From Diplonema japonicum (Eukaryota; Protista; Euglenozoa: Diplonemea), in contig OZ025669.1 of NCBI GenBank assembly GCA_964019335.1, forward strand, positions 635,094-699,093: DNA of 64,000 nt. Reading direction: 5' to 3'. Position numbers and translations under genes: made by a program. Positions 34,425 through 45,985 of the stretch are shown here, in pieces. How positions within the stretch are numbered: position 1 is the stretch's first letter; the number at the start of each line of letters is the position of its first letter. The notes below the pieces were generated by a model. The model did not search any database and was not told the origin of the DNA. It was given only the letters and a program-made list of their open reading frames with translations.

Positions 34425-34568
34425 CCTGGGTGAAATTTAAGCAGTGGATGTCAGCTGCAAAAAGTATAGTAGAAAGATTGCAACGACTTGGTATGGTGTG
34501 CACAAAGTGATACTTCTTACTCGAAATAACATGTTGCCTTGTTGCCAGGGGAACGTCCGGTCTGGTGG

Positions 34569-36308
34569 TTAAACGTCAATGAGTTCAGGGGATGGTGGTG
34601 ACCGGGACAGGGGCAGGGGAAGCGACTCGGGTGGTGACAACGGCAGCGACTCGGGGGTGTGGAAAGAAATGTCATCAAAGTCCTGTTCACAGTCGGCTAA
34701 GAAGGACAATGAGAGCTGGGGGGGGTTAATAGCAGTCTTGAAGGCCTTGTGCCACATGGTTAGATCGGCAAGATTGCTTGCAGAAAAGGTGAAGGGTGTG
34801 GGTAGCTTTGGGCCTGTGATGAACAAGCGCAGCAAGTTTGTATCGACTGAGACCTGTGCACATTCAAGAGAGACGCTCGTTGGTGACGTGTCGTAATCCC
34901 TTGATGAGTACATCTCTAAGCGAGATGGGAGTAATTTTACCCATCTTTTCTTGCCTACTACTGTAGGGCGAGAATTGATGAAGCGCAGCTTCCGTGCAGT
35001 TGTATCTTGGCCTACTTTGAAGAATAGCGATCCAGCAGCAATGACCCCTTTCTTTCTGCACAGCTCTCTCAATGTCATGGCTTGACGCGACCTACCTTCA
35101 GACAGCTGCATCATTTCTTCGCACAAACATTTTACAGCTTCCATCTGTTGCAGCCTGTACATTCCTATTGCTTCCCAATGAACACATTTTAGTTTCACCT
35201 CTCGTGAACTACTTGCTTTTTTAATGCGACCCAATTGGCTCACTCCCTTTTTAACCTCATTCCTCTCTGTATGATGAATCAGCTCTACCGCAACAGAAAA
35301 CCCGTCAGGCTCCTTTTCATTTCGCACACGGTCATAACCACTCATGCTGTGGAGGTACTCTTCAAGGGTTTGCACGTCCCCAGCTGGGACAACTACTTTC
35401 TTTATAACCTCTTGTACTCTTTCTTGGGGCTCTGGGTAAGCCATCTCAGCTTTTTGCGTCACAACAGGTACCGGTGGCTTGTTGACAGGTGCTCGCTTTT
35501 TGTATCTGTCTGCAGTGTCGACGCCGTCCCAGTCACGCATGACATCGCGGTGCCACAGCTCAAGACTCCAAAGTGTCTCGCCTGATGTAGTCCTAGCGAG
35601 CAGCGGGAACGGTTGCCCGTTCAAATACTTGGAGAAGTGTAAGGTGGTTATTCCAATGATGCCAGTGAAGTTGGAAAGCACCAGCTTATCACCATTTATG
35701 TCGAACGTATACTCCTGGTCAGGTTCGTAGTACATTTCAGTCAAATGGTGCTGCACGTGGTGCTTTCGTTCTTTTTTTGTCGTCCAAGACGGGTTCAAGC
35801 TCTCGGGGGTGATTGTTCTCGTGATGTCAAGTGCCTTAGAGGGCGTGATAGCAGGATTGCGATGGATGCCATCAGCAGCAACGCACAGTGTATTTAAAAA
35901 ATGCGGGCTCTTGCCATGAAGGTCTAAACCGAATCCGGGGTAAAGTGTTTGGAAGACTTTGAGCAATGCTCCTGTACCCCATGGAAGGTGCACAAGTGGC
36001 TTTTCCCATTCCCACCCAGTTACGACCTCATCAAAGCGCAGTCTCCGCTTCACTCTTCCTTGCACAGTGATTACGGTGCATCGCTTCTTCGGTGCAAATC
36101 GCTCACCAGGTGCCCAAGGGTCGGTTTCACCTTTGACACCTTTCAAGCACACCATTACCCTCCCCCGGAAAACATCGGTCTCGAACTCTACAGCTCGTTT
36201 ACTATTTATCGTAATTTCTTCGTCACTGAGCACCCGGCAACCGCTTCCGGGTTTGAACCGGAGAAACAGCGGTTTTTGCTTCCATGTGTCGACAGCTCGT
36301 AATGACAT
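34569..36308 (-). CDS. DUF1769-like domain plus C-terminal PH domain protein
   Basis: EFETDVFRGR...KKRCTVITVQGRVK...GWEWEKPL resembles DUF1769. PH-like segment KKRWVKL...LEMY...FTFSA...MWHKAF. Confidence 0.7.
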   Translation of the reverse strand: MSLRAVDTWKQKPLFLRFKPGSGCRVLSDEEITINSKRAVEFETDVFRGRVMVCLKGVKGETDPWAPGERFAPKKRCTVITVQGRVKRRLRFDEVVTGWEWEKPLVHLPWGTGALLKVFQTLYPGFGLDLHGKSPHFLNTLCVAADGIHRNPAITPSKALDITRTITPESLNPSWTTKKERKHHVQHHLTEMYYEPDQEYTFDINGDKLVLSNFTGIIGITTLHFSKYLNGQPFPLLARTTSGETLWSLELWHRDVMRDWDGVDTADRYKKRAPVNKPPVPVVTQKAEMAYPEPQERVQEVIKKVVVPAGDVQTLEEYLHSMSGYDRVRNEKEPDGFSVAVELIHHTERNEVKKGVSQLGRIKKASSSREVKLKCVHWEAIGMYRLQQMEAVKCLCEEMMQLSEGRSRQAMTLRELCRKKGVIAAGSLFFKVGQDTTARKLRFINSRPTVVGKKRWVKLLPSRLEMYSSRDYDTSPTSVSLECAQVSVDTNLLRLFITGPKLPTPFTFSASNLADLTMWHKAFKTAINPPQLSLSFLADCEQDFDDISFHTPESLPLSPPESLPLPLSRSPPSPELIDV

Positions 36309-36402
36309 TAGTTCATGGCTTCCTATGTGAATACTGTGCAAACATTGCTATGAAACAGTTACTTACGTGTAAACACTAATTGGAGCTGGCGGGGTCAAGT
36401 GG

Positions 36403-37476
36403 CTAGATATGAATGCGCCTTAAAATACTCCTGGATACTGTCCTGCAAAATTTTATGGAGTCAGTGCCTATGCGCAGCATGTTCTTAACAGCAGAGTAGA
36501 AGGACTTGGCATCCAGGACAATGTGTTTTGCGATCACCACGAGTTTGAAAGAAAGCACCATCACAGTAACATGTTTAAGGCAGTATATCACTACAGCAAT
36601 ACAGAGTGCCCACAGCACCATTGTACCGCCTAAGACAAGAGCAAACATGACAAATGGAATACACAAAAGGATATACGGATGTGTCATAAGCAGGTCTGCG
36701 TAGTCAACACGCATCAAGTATTTGTACCACCTATGTGCAAAACGCAATGCCTTTTTGGTAGGTTTTGCCAAGTAGTCATTGTCACTCAGGACTCTAACAG
36801 CACGCTTCTTGTGCTTTGTGATTTTATCAGAGATCAAGGTGTACCTCCAGTCGAATTCCTTCCACCGTCTTGCAACAATTGCCTGGTCTTCGTGAGTGAG
36901 GTTCCCGACAGCCTCCGACATGGCTACTTGCAGCTCTTCGAATGGAAGATTTTTCTGCAAGAGTTGTGCCACGTCATCCTGAAAGAACTCATCACCAACC
37001 CCCGGGTCGTGCATGCCAAGTAGGTCTAAGAAGATGAACGCAGTCACAGCGATCAGTGTGATCTCGAGCATAAAGTGCAGCGACCTCCACCCCTGGTTCA
37101 GCGAGCGGTGGTAAAAGGGCAGCATCATCGATGAGGACATTGCACCCCACAGCACACTGCTCCCACAGCGTGCGCGCTTCTTGTGTCTCTCAACAGCAGA
37201 AGACAGGACTTGAACATCAATCAGCGAAGGGAGCCACAGCTTGACGAGCAGTGGGCTCTTCTGCTCGTCAGGGATGCAGTCGATCACTGCAAGTGTCGGA
37301 CCGAACATCTTGGCCTGCACGTTGACCGCCTCTATGGTCTTCCATTTCACTACATACAGCACCGTCCCCGAGCATGTGATCGTGAATTCGTCATCAGCCC
37401 AATCCACAGTACACGCGCTTTTGGCTTTGTCCTTCGACTCAACGAAGAAGATCTTCTCGACTTTGGTAGTGCTCAT
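36403..37476 (-). CDS. Hypothetical multi-pass membrane protein
   Basis: 357-aa ORF with several hydrophobic helices. Confidence 0.7.
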   Translation of the reverse strand: MSTTKVEKIFFVESKDKAKSACTVDWADDEFTITCSGTVLYVVKWKTIEAVNVQAKMFGPTLAVIDCIPDEQKSPLLVKLWLPSLIDVQVLSSAVERHKKRARCGSSVLWGAMSSSMMLPFYHRSLNQGWRSLHFMLEITLIAVTAFIFLDLLGMHDPGVGDEFFQDDVAQLLQKNLPFEELQVAMSEAVGNLTHEDQAIVARRWKEFDWRYTLISDKITKHKKRAVRVLSDNDYLAKPTKKALRFAHRWYKYLMRVDYADLLMTHPYILLCIPFVMFALVLGGTMVLWALCIAVVIYCLKHVTVMVLSFKLVVIAKHIVLDAKSFYSAVKNMLRIGTDSIKFCRTVSRSILRRIHI

Positions 37477-37769
37477 GTTGTACCTTGTGGTTGTGACATC
37501 TACTTCAACGAATATCTAAACACTTGCAACGCTTTGGTGAAGCCAGTTGAAGGCTTAAAGGTTGGGTAAAGCCACACAAAATAATCAAGATAGGAAACAA
37601 AATAGTTTATACGTGGTGTTTTCGTGTTCTTACACGAAATAAAAGAGAGAGAAGGGGCGAAAAGGTGAAAGTACAGTGGTGTTAACTAATGTTTGGTGAC
37701 ATTTTGTAGGTCTGTGTGCTAAGATCCTACCACCTGAAACAACGAAAAGACAGAAGAAAAGCTTCTGTT

Positions 37770-40076
37770 TTATTTTGAGTTAAGGAGCACACTTATGTAG
37801 TATGGCAACAAGTAGGCCGAGGGATCATGCTCGCTCATTCCTTGCCCTGCTGTATCAAGCTGATACACGTTTCCATTCCATCTTTGGGTCATGGCTCGTT
37901 CATCTTGTCGCAGAAGGTCAACAGAGTAGCTGTTGGAATCACGTGCCGCTTGTGCATTGATGACGATGTCTCTTCTTTGCGAATTAGCGACCGTCCAGTC
38001 CACCCATTCCAGTGACCATTGCACAAGTTGTTCCTCGGCAGACGCCAATAGTCCAGGATCCACACCGCCCTGCCACAATTGCACCATGTAGGTCCATATA
38101 CAAGACTTGTGAGCAGCCACCAACCTCCAAGACCGACCGAGTGCCTTATCGTAATACACTGCATATTTCTGAGGAATGCTCGCCCTTACATAGAAAAAGG
38201 CACCCATTGCATAGAAGCCCAGCTCATCGTCTGAGTAGTCCTGATCTTCGGGGTACTCGATTCTCCAATTGACAAGATTGCCGAGATACCCGTTTGACAC
38301 ACCCAGGTAGTCGATGGCAGTCAGGTATGACTCGTTCTTTGTGTAATGGTAGGCAACTGACAACATGGAAATAATTTCCAACGAGTTCAAGCACCTCTCT
38401 GAGTAGTGCACGGGGTTGTCATTCAGTTGTGAAGGGTTCCAGAACCCCCATGTAGTGGGCTTACCAGTCACGTCGATGAGGTACCAATTGTTAGCCATAA
38501 TGTAGTCGACAGTCCCGAGGAGCATGTTCATGACACGTGCTCTTTCGTCAGCTGTCTCGCACACGTAGTCGTGGAAAAGGGGCAGAGCGTAGTAGTAGCC
38601 TATTACTTCATCAGAGGAGGTATCGCCTTTCCATGTCCAGTTCGTGTACCCGGGGGTTGTGCTGTTATGCCATGTACCCGAGCCTGTTGGGGTCCCTCTC
38701 GGAACAACGCTCCGAGCCATAAGCCCCCATCTCTCTGGAGGAGTAACCTTGTACAAGCGTTCTAGTGCCACAAATGATCTCCACGCTGCTTGCTTTGCCG
38801 CGGGATCAGCAGATATTTTATATCTGTAGCATTGGGAGGCTAGGTAGGTATTCGTCCACAAGCCGTCGTTGTCGGAAGGCCTGTACTCAAATGAGGACAG
38901 GTCTCCACTTCTTGCCAGGCCCACATCGTCTACCATCCCAAATCTGTTATGCCTTTGCAGCACGATGTCCTCATAGACGCTTGCCTTTGCGGCAAGTGTG
39001 TAGTTAGAATGCCAAAAAATTCTAGCCAGACCATAAGTAGTAGCAATAACCATCTCCCCAGACTCCAGTGTAAGCATCGCTGTCACAGGACCATATGGCA
39101 GCCACCTCTGATTATTCAGATACCTCCATGGCGTTCGCTCTGACGCTACCTGCCCTAGACCATCCCAGGGCTGATGGCTGGACTCCAGAGAAGGGATGAT
39201 TGTTTGAAGATTTCCTTCATATGTTGCAACGCCAAGAGTGCCACCAAACCACACTCTTCCTTGTTTCGAAATGGCTGATGTTGTAAAGTTCGCGACAGGG
39301 AGCCCCTCCAAAAAACCAACTCTCCAGATGCTGTAAGCGTCACTTGAATCGAATTCTATAACATTCAGCCCTGTCGCGCTCCCAATCCACAAAGTGCGGT
39401 CTGTTTGTCTCCATCCCATTGTCGTCGTGTTGTCAACGTAGCTAGCGCAGTAGTCGTACTTCCAGATGTCCTCTTTCGTGAAGTATAGATAAAGCTTTGA
39501 AGGAGTGCCTACAGCTGCAATGCCCGATATAGTGGCAATTGAAAGTATTGGATCGGTAATGTTGTGAATGCTGTCTAATTTTGCTCCTTCGTCAGGTAGA
39601 AAAAAAGCACCCTTACCGGTGCCAATCAAGAGTCCAGTTTTACCCTTGTATACACCTTCCTCCATTGCTGTAACAGGTGGAACGGTTACAGCAGCTACTT
39701 CTTTTGTACATTTGGAGGGGCTCGTTGTGCAAGTGTAACGAGTTAATGACGAGCCAGACACTGCGGTCAACACATTCCGCTGCGTGTCAAACAGCACTCG
39801 CGAAACCGTAGCAAACGGGGGCAACCCTTGTACAGGGACGAGCTGAGTCTTGTTTCGGATCTCAAATAAGAGAACCTCACCAACTTTGTTTGTTCCCAGT
39901 GTCCACACGACCCCTTGTGTCGGTTCAAGTAACTGTTTCACGCCCATCAGGTCTAACACATCCCAACCATAAACATAAGGGAGAGGCACCTTATGTACAA
40001 GGTTATATCTATCAGAGTACCATTGATCAAAATTTTGACTTGTAGAGAGAGCACACACGAGTAGAACAGCGAGCAT
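37770..40076 (-). CDS. Secreted protein: beta-propeller-like repeats plus putative helical-barrel glycosidase-like domain, bacterial-looking
   Basis: Signal peptide, propeller-like repeats (LWIGSATGLN, VWFGGTLGV, MVIATTYGLA), and acidic motifs SDNDGLWT and WKGDTSSDE. Confidence 0.7.
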   Translation of the reverse strand: MLAVLLVCALSTSQNFDQWYSDRYNLVHKVPLPYVYGWDVLDLMGVKQLLEPTQGVVWTLGTNKVGEVLLFEIRNKTQLVPVQGLPPFATVSRVLFDTQRNVLTAVSGSSLTRYTCTTSPSKCTKEVAAVTVPPVTAMEEGVYKGKTGLLIGTGKGAFFLPDEGAKLDSIHNITDPILSIATISGIAAVGTPSKLYLYFTKEDIWKYDYCASYVDNTTTMGWRQTDRTLWIGSATGLNVIEFDSSDAYSIWRVGFLEGLPVANFTTSAISKQGRVWFGGTLGVATYEGNLQTIIPSLESSHQPWDGLGQVASERTPWRYLNNQRWLPYGPVTAMLTLESGEMVIATTYGLARIFWHSNYTLAAKASVYEDIVLQRHNRFGMVDDVGLARSGDLSSFEYRPSDNDGLWTNTYLASQCYRYKISADPAAKQAAWRSFVALERLYKVTPPERWGLMARSVVPRGTPTGSGTWHNSTTPGYTNWTWKGDTSSDEVIGYYYALPLFHDYVCETADERARVMNMLLGTVDYIMANNWYLIDVTGKPTTWGFWNPSQLNDNPVHYSERCLNSLEIISMLSVAYHYTKNESYLTAIDYLGVSNGYLGNLVNWRIEYPEDQDYSDDELGFYAMGAFFYVRASIPQKYAVYYDKALGRSWRLVAAHKSCIWTYMVQLWQGGVDPGLLASAEEQLVQWSLEWVDWTVANSQRRDIVINAQAARDSNSYSVDLLRQDERAMTQRWNGNVYQLDTAGQGMSEHDPSAYLLPYYISVLLNSK

Positions 40077-40155
40077 TTTTTTCTAGACCTGGGGGCGTTT
40101 TTTGTTCCTTTTTTTCTTACAATATAACGTGGTGACACTGAAGAATATTAATGTG

Positions 40156-41244
40156 CTAAGACCATGCTTCAACACGCACAAAGTCAAGCTCAAGAGCTTC
40201 TTTTGCCGTTAGACGTTTCACGGGATTGGGATTAAGGAGGGCTTCAATGAGTTCGAGAAACTCGTTTCTTTGGGAAATTCGATCAAAGAGCGGAGAACAT
40301 TGTTCTGACAGCGAACGCAGACCAGAAAGACGAGACCTTTCTGCACTAGAAGAAGTGTGGTCGGGCCAGCGCACACGGCCTTTGGAGTCGAACATAGAGA
40401 GTGTACGTGTGAGGGAAAACGGCAGCGTGCCTGTCAGCCTTTCGATCATGGCCACATGTTCAATGTTCTTGTCGGTGTCGAAAACGAAGTTTCCGGTAAG
40501 AAGCTCAACGAACAAGCAGCCAATGGACCAGATGTCAGCAGGCATAGACCATTCACCCTCCGTGACCATCACCTCGGGGGCACGATAGTTCCTCGTTTGT
40601 ATTGTGGGACCTTTTGGTTCGTTGTCGTACTGCGCAGATCCATAGTCAATCAGAACTATTTCATAACTCAAAGGCGATACGAAACCGTTGGAGTACTTCA
40701 TCATGCGTGGGTCCTTCAGCAAGATGTTTTCAGGCTTGATGTCTGTGTGGATTATCCGTAGGGAGTGCAAGAAAGACATCGCTTTCAGGACGTAGTAAGC
40801 AATACCGCGTATAGCCTCAGACGTGTAGGGGGTGTGGTCATTTCCCGACAGCAGTGCATATAGTGAAGGGCCGTAGTGAGGGAAGACCATGCAGTAGTGC
40901 CCGTTTTCACTGAACTGATCGAGTAATGGTGGGAAAGCTTGGTAGTTCCTTGTGTTTGCTCGTTGTATATTTTTTATCATCTTTGCTTCTATCCGTGCGC
41001 TTTCGCAGTACCTTCTGATGCTGTGCACCACTTTCACTGCTACATCTTGCTGGTCTTTTCTATCGTCACAAAGAAGGACCTTTGCAAACGTCCCCTGACC
41101 CAGAAGCCGTACTACTTCATATCTTCTGTCAACAAGGACACCACGTCGCCATTGGAAGTGGCTATCTTTCGCCTCATTCGTTTTTCTTCGTGAGCTCCTA
41201 AAGCTATCATTGCTCCTATCAAGGCTTCTGCCTCTCTTGCCCAT
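40156..41244 (-). CDS. CLK/LAMMER-family dual-specificity kinase
   Basis: LGQGTFAKV, HTDIKPENILL, IQTRNYRAPEV and the LAMMER-like EHVAMIERLTG. Confidence 0.9.
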   Translation of the reverse strand: MGKRGRSLDRSNDSFRSSRRKTNEAKDSHFQWRRGVLVDRRYEVVRLLGQGTFAKVLLCDDRKDQQDVAVKVVHSIRRYCESARIEAKMIKNIQRANTRNYQAFPPLLDQFSENGHYCMVFPHYGPSLYALLSGNDHTPYTSEAIRGIAYYVLKAMSFLHSLRIIHTDIKPENILLKDPRMMKYSNGFVSPLSYEIVLIDYGSAQYDNEPKGPTIQTRNYRAPEVMVTEGEWSMPADIWSIGCLFVELLTGNFVFDTDKNIEHVAMIERLTGTLPFSLTRTLSMFDSKGRVRWPDHTSSSAERSRLSGLRSLSEQCSPLFDRISQRNEFLELIEALLNPNPVKRLTAKEALELDFVRVEAWS

Positions 41245-41877
41245 TCTAACACCTGTGATGAATTTTGTGTCGGAAGATATTTTAGAACGAATAACGACCT
41301 GAGTAGAGAGGAAATATAAATGTGAGGAATGGAACAATAAACAAAAAGATGTGTGGTTTACAAGGACAGTACAATGGAAAAGAGTCTCAACAATCCGTCA
41401 TGGGGAAGTTGACGCGCATACATGCCAAGGAGCATGTACACAAGCTTCCTGTTGCGACGACTACTGCTGACTCCTTTGCCACTGGCAGTCCATACATGCC
41501 ACACACCCTAAAGAGAGTAGGTCGTTCACACGTGACGGCAACAAAAAAATAATGCTAGTTTAGATAAAAAAGCAAGGTGGTGTTCTTTTTGAACCTACCT
41601 TGCCAGCTACTTGTCCCTTGCACACCGCTTGGTTTGGAATAAAGGGAGCAGTCCCTTTATACCTTCCCAACCAGGACGAATGCACAGGAGGCGGCAGCTG
41701 TAAAGAAGTGTATGTCGCCAGGAATATTGGGAGGTCGGGCTGTACAACTGCAGATTAGACGAGGAGGTAGAAGAAGGTATGGAACAGGTGCATAGCTCCC
41801 ATGTAACTCATGAATTGTGTCATTCACGCAATGAGAAGATCAGCACCTGTTGCACAACCAGTTTCATGCCTCCCACT

Positions 41878-42270
41878 TCAGCAACCGTCTACAGCATTGC
41901 AAGCTCTGATGCCTGCCAAGTGGATATTGAATTCACGAGTATTGCTTGGTAAGTCTTGCTTTTTGTACAGTGCATCCAAGGCTTCATAATGAACCTCTGG
42001 AGTGCATGTGACTTTTGCAGTTTCCCCAAGGGTCATGGATCTCACTGAAGTATCTAAGCACTTGTCAATACCACCCATGCCAACAGGGAAAAACCCAGAG
42101 CCTGCAACAGGTGTACCTTCCTTGTCAACACCTTCATAAACAATCCTTGCCCTCTGCCCATTGAGAGGAAAGGTGTGTCCATCACCTTCCTTCAAGGTCT
42201 GTACCTTAACACCAGGTGCTGCAACCCTTGAGGGAGCAATCTCCTTGGCATGTACCTGTGTGTTTCCCAT
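41878..42270 (-). CDS. Divergent FKBP-type peptidyl-prolyl isomerase-like protein
   Basis: PGVKVQTLKEGDGHTFP..GQ and SMTLGETAKVTCTPEVHY resemble FKBP12. Several active-site positions look changed; the MGN start may be myristoylated. Confidence 0.72.
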   Translation of the reverse strand: MGNTQVHAKEIAPSRVAAPGVKVQTLKEGDGHTFPLNGQRARIVYEGVDKEGTPVAGSGFFPVGMGGIDKCLDTSVRSMTLGETAKVTCTPEVHYEALDALYKKQDLPSNTREFNIHLAGIRACNAVDGC

Positions 42271-42490
42271 TTCAAGTTGTGTATTATTAAACCTGAGTGA
42301 TGCCAAGGATAGAGTAAGATCAAAAGATAATCACAGAAATAGAAAAAATGAAGTTGTTAGCAATCAAATAGGAGTGGCATGGTTTTTTTTTTTTTTTCTT
42401 TTTTTTTCAATTTGTTGGTGGCCTTTCTTTTTCCTTCCTCCCAGAAGGGGGAGAAAAAGAAAGGAGAGGGCTTGGCTGGCCAAAAAAAAA

Positions 42491-42999
42491 AAAGATGTCT
42501 TTGAGGGAACCTGCAGTATGTGACAGGATCGCCTAACGTCAATCAACTCATCTAGTGTTTAATCCCTTCTGTCGTGGTAGTGCCTTAGGCCCGTCATAGT
42601 ATCTTTTCAGCAGCTTGGGCATGAAACCAACTAGCGAGTTGTTGAGGATGCAATGAGTTCATAACTGTTCCTCTAGGATAGGGTGGGTGACCTTCAGGGA
42701 TGCGAAGACTGGTCGAATGGAGTACCCAGTGATGGGATGGCTGTGGAGTCCTAGGGTATGCAAAGAGTGTACTGATTTCTTTGGTTCTGCTGGAATCAGG
42801 TGACTCCCCGTGCCTTTTTGGTGAATCCTGTCCAAAACTCTTAGGATTCCGCCGATTTTTCTTGCCCAGCTCGCTAGGTCTTCACCCTCCATGTGGATCC
42901 TTTCTGTTGCAATTAGGTCGACTGCAAGTTACACCTTGGACACCTGCCCACCATCCTTGCCCCACTTGAGGGCTTTCAGCCATTTGAGGATAAACGGGA
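42491..42999. repeat. ~500-bp dispersed repeat, copy A1; possibly a degenerate retroelement fragment
   Basis: Reverse-complement match to 46673-47180. Confidence 0.85.
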
Positions 43000-43044
43000 T
43001 TAGACCTGGGAAGTACTTCTTCACCAGCCTCGGTGAATCCAGTC

Positions 43045-44136
43045 CAGTGTTGGTCAGTCCCGTCCCGTCCCCTAAAACGGAATACGGGCCTGGACGGGAC
43101 TCACAGGACTCCACGGGACGGGACTCGACGGGACTCACGGGACTCTCCCCAACACTGTCATTATTTTTGATAGTTTTGCAACTTTTTTTTTTTTTTTTTT
43201 TTTTCCCTTTGGAAAAAAAAAAAAAAAAAATGGGGGAAAAAAAAAGAGAAAAAAATCCTTGATTTTTTTTGACATACATGATGTGTTTACCTTTTTTTTT
43301 TCCCCCTTCTTTTTTTCTTGTCTTCTCACATTTTTTCACACACCTAAGCCAAGCTGTTGTTTCTGCTTTCCACATCAAATGTTGTATTTGGATGCAATAG
43401 AAAAGGGGAAATAATAAATAATATGTACAAGAGGAGGGTGTGTATGTTTATACAACCTGTGTAAACAGATTGGTTCCTTGCTTTCAGCGCCGTGCCCCTA
43501 ATGTGTGCAATGTACAGCTCAACCCCTGCATCGCACTGCCTGTTTGTTGCACATATTTTCATGCCCCCCACTTGAAAATAATATATAGGAGATAAATATA
43601 TGAGTTAAAGGAGGCCGGTGTTGGCAGCACCCTGCACAAGAACTGTCTACTTGATTACAGGGGGCGCACCGCAGCCGAGTTGTAGCTTCTTCTGCGTTCT
43701 GCATCGTTTCCTTAATCACCGTGGCCGGGATGTAGCTTCTTCTGCATTCCACATCATGCCCTTAATCACTGCAGTCAGGTTGTAACTTCTTGCATTCCGT
43801 GTCATTTCCTTAACCACCACGGCCGGGTTGTAGCTTCTTCTGCGTTCTGCATCGTGTCCTTAATCACCACGACCGAGTTGTAGCTTTTTGTGTTCCGTGT
43901 CATTTCCTTAATCACGATGGCCGGACGGCTGGGTTGTAGCTTCTTCTGCGTTCTGTGTCGTGTCCTTAATGTGTGTGGTGTTCAGCTCAACACCAGCCAG
44001 GGCACCCCAGGTAACCAAGATTCTGCGCTTGTGTTGTTTGCTCAGTGATGACAGATGAGGAGGTCAACAGCAAACAACACATCTGATGTTTTTCTTATAT
44101 TTTCATGTTATCCCCACCACCTGAAAAAGAAGATAA

Positions 44137-44171
<35 letters not shown>

Positions 44172-44432
44172 AACAGTCAGCACCCCCATGCACACTGAAA
44201 TTTTATTGTTTTTTTTTTTCTTTTTTTTTTTTTCTATATTGTTCACCAGGAGGTGCACATGTGACACCTGCTTTTCCCTGTGCAGCATAGTGGTACATGT
44301 TATAAAACACGTGCTGTGTTGTGCACCCTGTGTTGCATACATCATGTGTGTCGAAAATTTGCAGTGTTGGGGTGGTTTGTGGGCCAGACCTCAGACCACC
44401 AGTCTGGCCAACATTGCCCATCCAACCCTTTT

Positions 44433-44469
<37 letters not shown>

Positions 44470-44543
44470 ATTGTACTTTTCTTGCAAAGGCCTCTTTTTA
44501 ATATTTTTTTCAAAGCAGGTCTCCAAACCCCTTGACATTTTTT

Positions 44544-44579
<36 letters not shown>

Positions 44580-44875
44580 TAGTCACAACAAGGTAGTATG
44601 AGCCTTGCCTCACATCCCACCCAAACCTAGGACCTCTTTTTTTGAACCTTTGAAACCAAAAGTACCAAAAAAATGCAAGCCCCAGCCTAAATTTGGGCCT
44701 TTGTGACACAAAAAACACAAAGAAATTTTTTGGTCCCAAGAGTCCCCTGAGTCCCCTCCAGACCCCTGAGTCCCCTGAGTCCCCTGAGTCCCCTCCAGAC
44801 CCCTGAAAATTTCAGGGGACTCCTGTCCTGTCCCTTGGAGTCCCCTGAGTCCCTCAAGGGTCTGGACCAACACTG
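43045..44875 (+). mobile_element. Non-autonomous TIR DNA transposon, copy B1 (11-bp TIR CAGTGTTGGTC)
   Basis: TIRs at both ends, GGGACT subterminal repeats and an internal ~48-bp minisatellite. Near-identical inverted copy at 48853-50704. Flanks are TCCAGTC and TCCTGTC. Confidence 0.88.
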
Positions 44876-45985
44876 TCCTGTCTGTGAGTTCATAGTCATG
44901 TTTTGGGGGTTTAAGAACATGAACAATCGTATTCCCATGAACAACATATTTGTTCGTACTCTCTTTTCAAACAAAAGAATGAGCTTGTCTAATGTGGAAA
45001 CATCAGACTCCTTAGAGCCATTCTGCACACTTCATCTCTTGCAGCCTGTGCCACCAAGGCCATGCCAGTGGAATCAGCCTGCACCACATCTGTGGTGTCT
45101 GCAAAAGGGGCACAGACACGGATCGTGAAGTTCAGGAAACCCACGTCATCTTCACCAAGGAATTGGTACAGGGACGAAATGGAAATCATAGTTTCAACAA
45201 TTGAATTCCATCTCGTCTCTGTATAAGCCTTGATGAAGTGGATTTCGTTTGATCTAACACCATTAACCTCCTGGACGTTTCTCAGTCCAAGGGTACCACT
45301 TTGTGTTGTCCATTTCCTCACCAAGTTCTTTTTTTTTTTTTTTCTGATTTGGTGTCTTTTTAAAAAAAAAAAAAGATCAATATAACATGAAAACAAACTC
45401 TACATGGAGAGTCTGTTCCTGGCCACAAAAAACACAAAGAATACCTGAATCAGTGTTGGTGTCAGTGTTGGTGGCTGCAGTGTCAGTGTCCACAGTGTCT
45501 TGCATCTGGGTCAAGCAAAACTGCTCAGCGATCTTCTCAAGTGCACACTGCATGGTGCTGGCATTGTCTGCACAGACAGAAAAAACAAGGATTCCCCTCT
45601 TTTTTTTCTTTTTTTTTCCCACTTCTTCCCTTTTTATCCCCTTCTTTCCCTTTCTCCCCCAAACCGTTCAAAGCTCATTGATCATCTCCATGATGTGCTT
45701 TGTGATCTCTGCAGCAGTCGCTCTCACCTTCAAGAGATCAATTATCTGTGTTGTGTTTGTCCTTCAGATGATTTCCCACTCCTAGAAAACTGCCCTCAGT
45801 TGGAAAAGAAAACTAGTTTGGCACTTTGTCTGTTTGTGCACTTATTTTACCTGATAATATTGTTAACACTCTGTATCAGGTTTTTGAAAAAACAGACCTT
45901 GCAAAAATAGCTGCACTCACCGTCTGAAAGGCTGAAGCCAAGAATGGTTCAACGGTTGAAGGTAGCACCATCAACCATCAAGAAG
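44876..45985 (-). pseudogene. hAT transposase pseudogene, catalytic-core part
   Basis: Motifs LMVDGAT, CADNASTM, TRWNS, APFADTTDVVQAD and FLNP in order, with stops and frameshifts. Confidence 0.82.

Noticed and set aside
2456-41193. Many plus-strand ORFs in the host cluster
   Set aside because: Antisense shadows of minus-strand genes with no recognisable motifs.
43670-43990. ~48-bp periodic repeats resembling a CRISPR array (also 49770-50090)
   Set aside because: Degenerate tandem units with no unique spacers, no cas genes and a eukaryotic context; this is a minisatellite.
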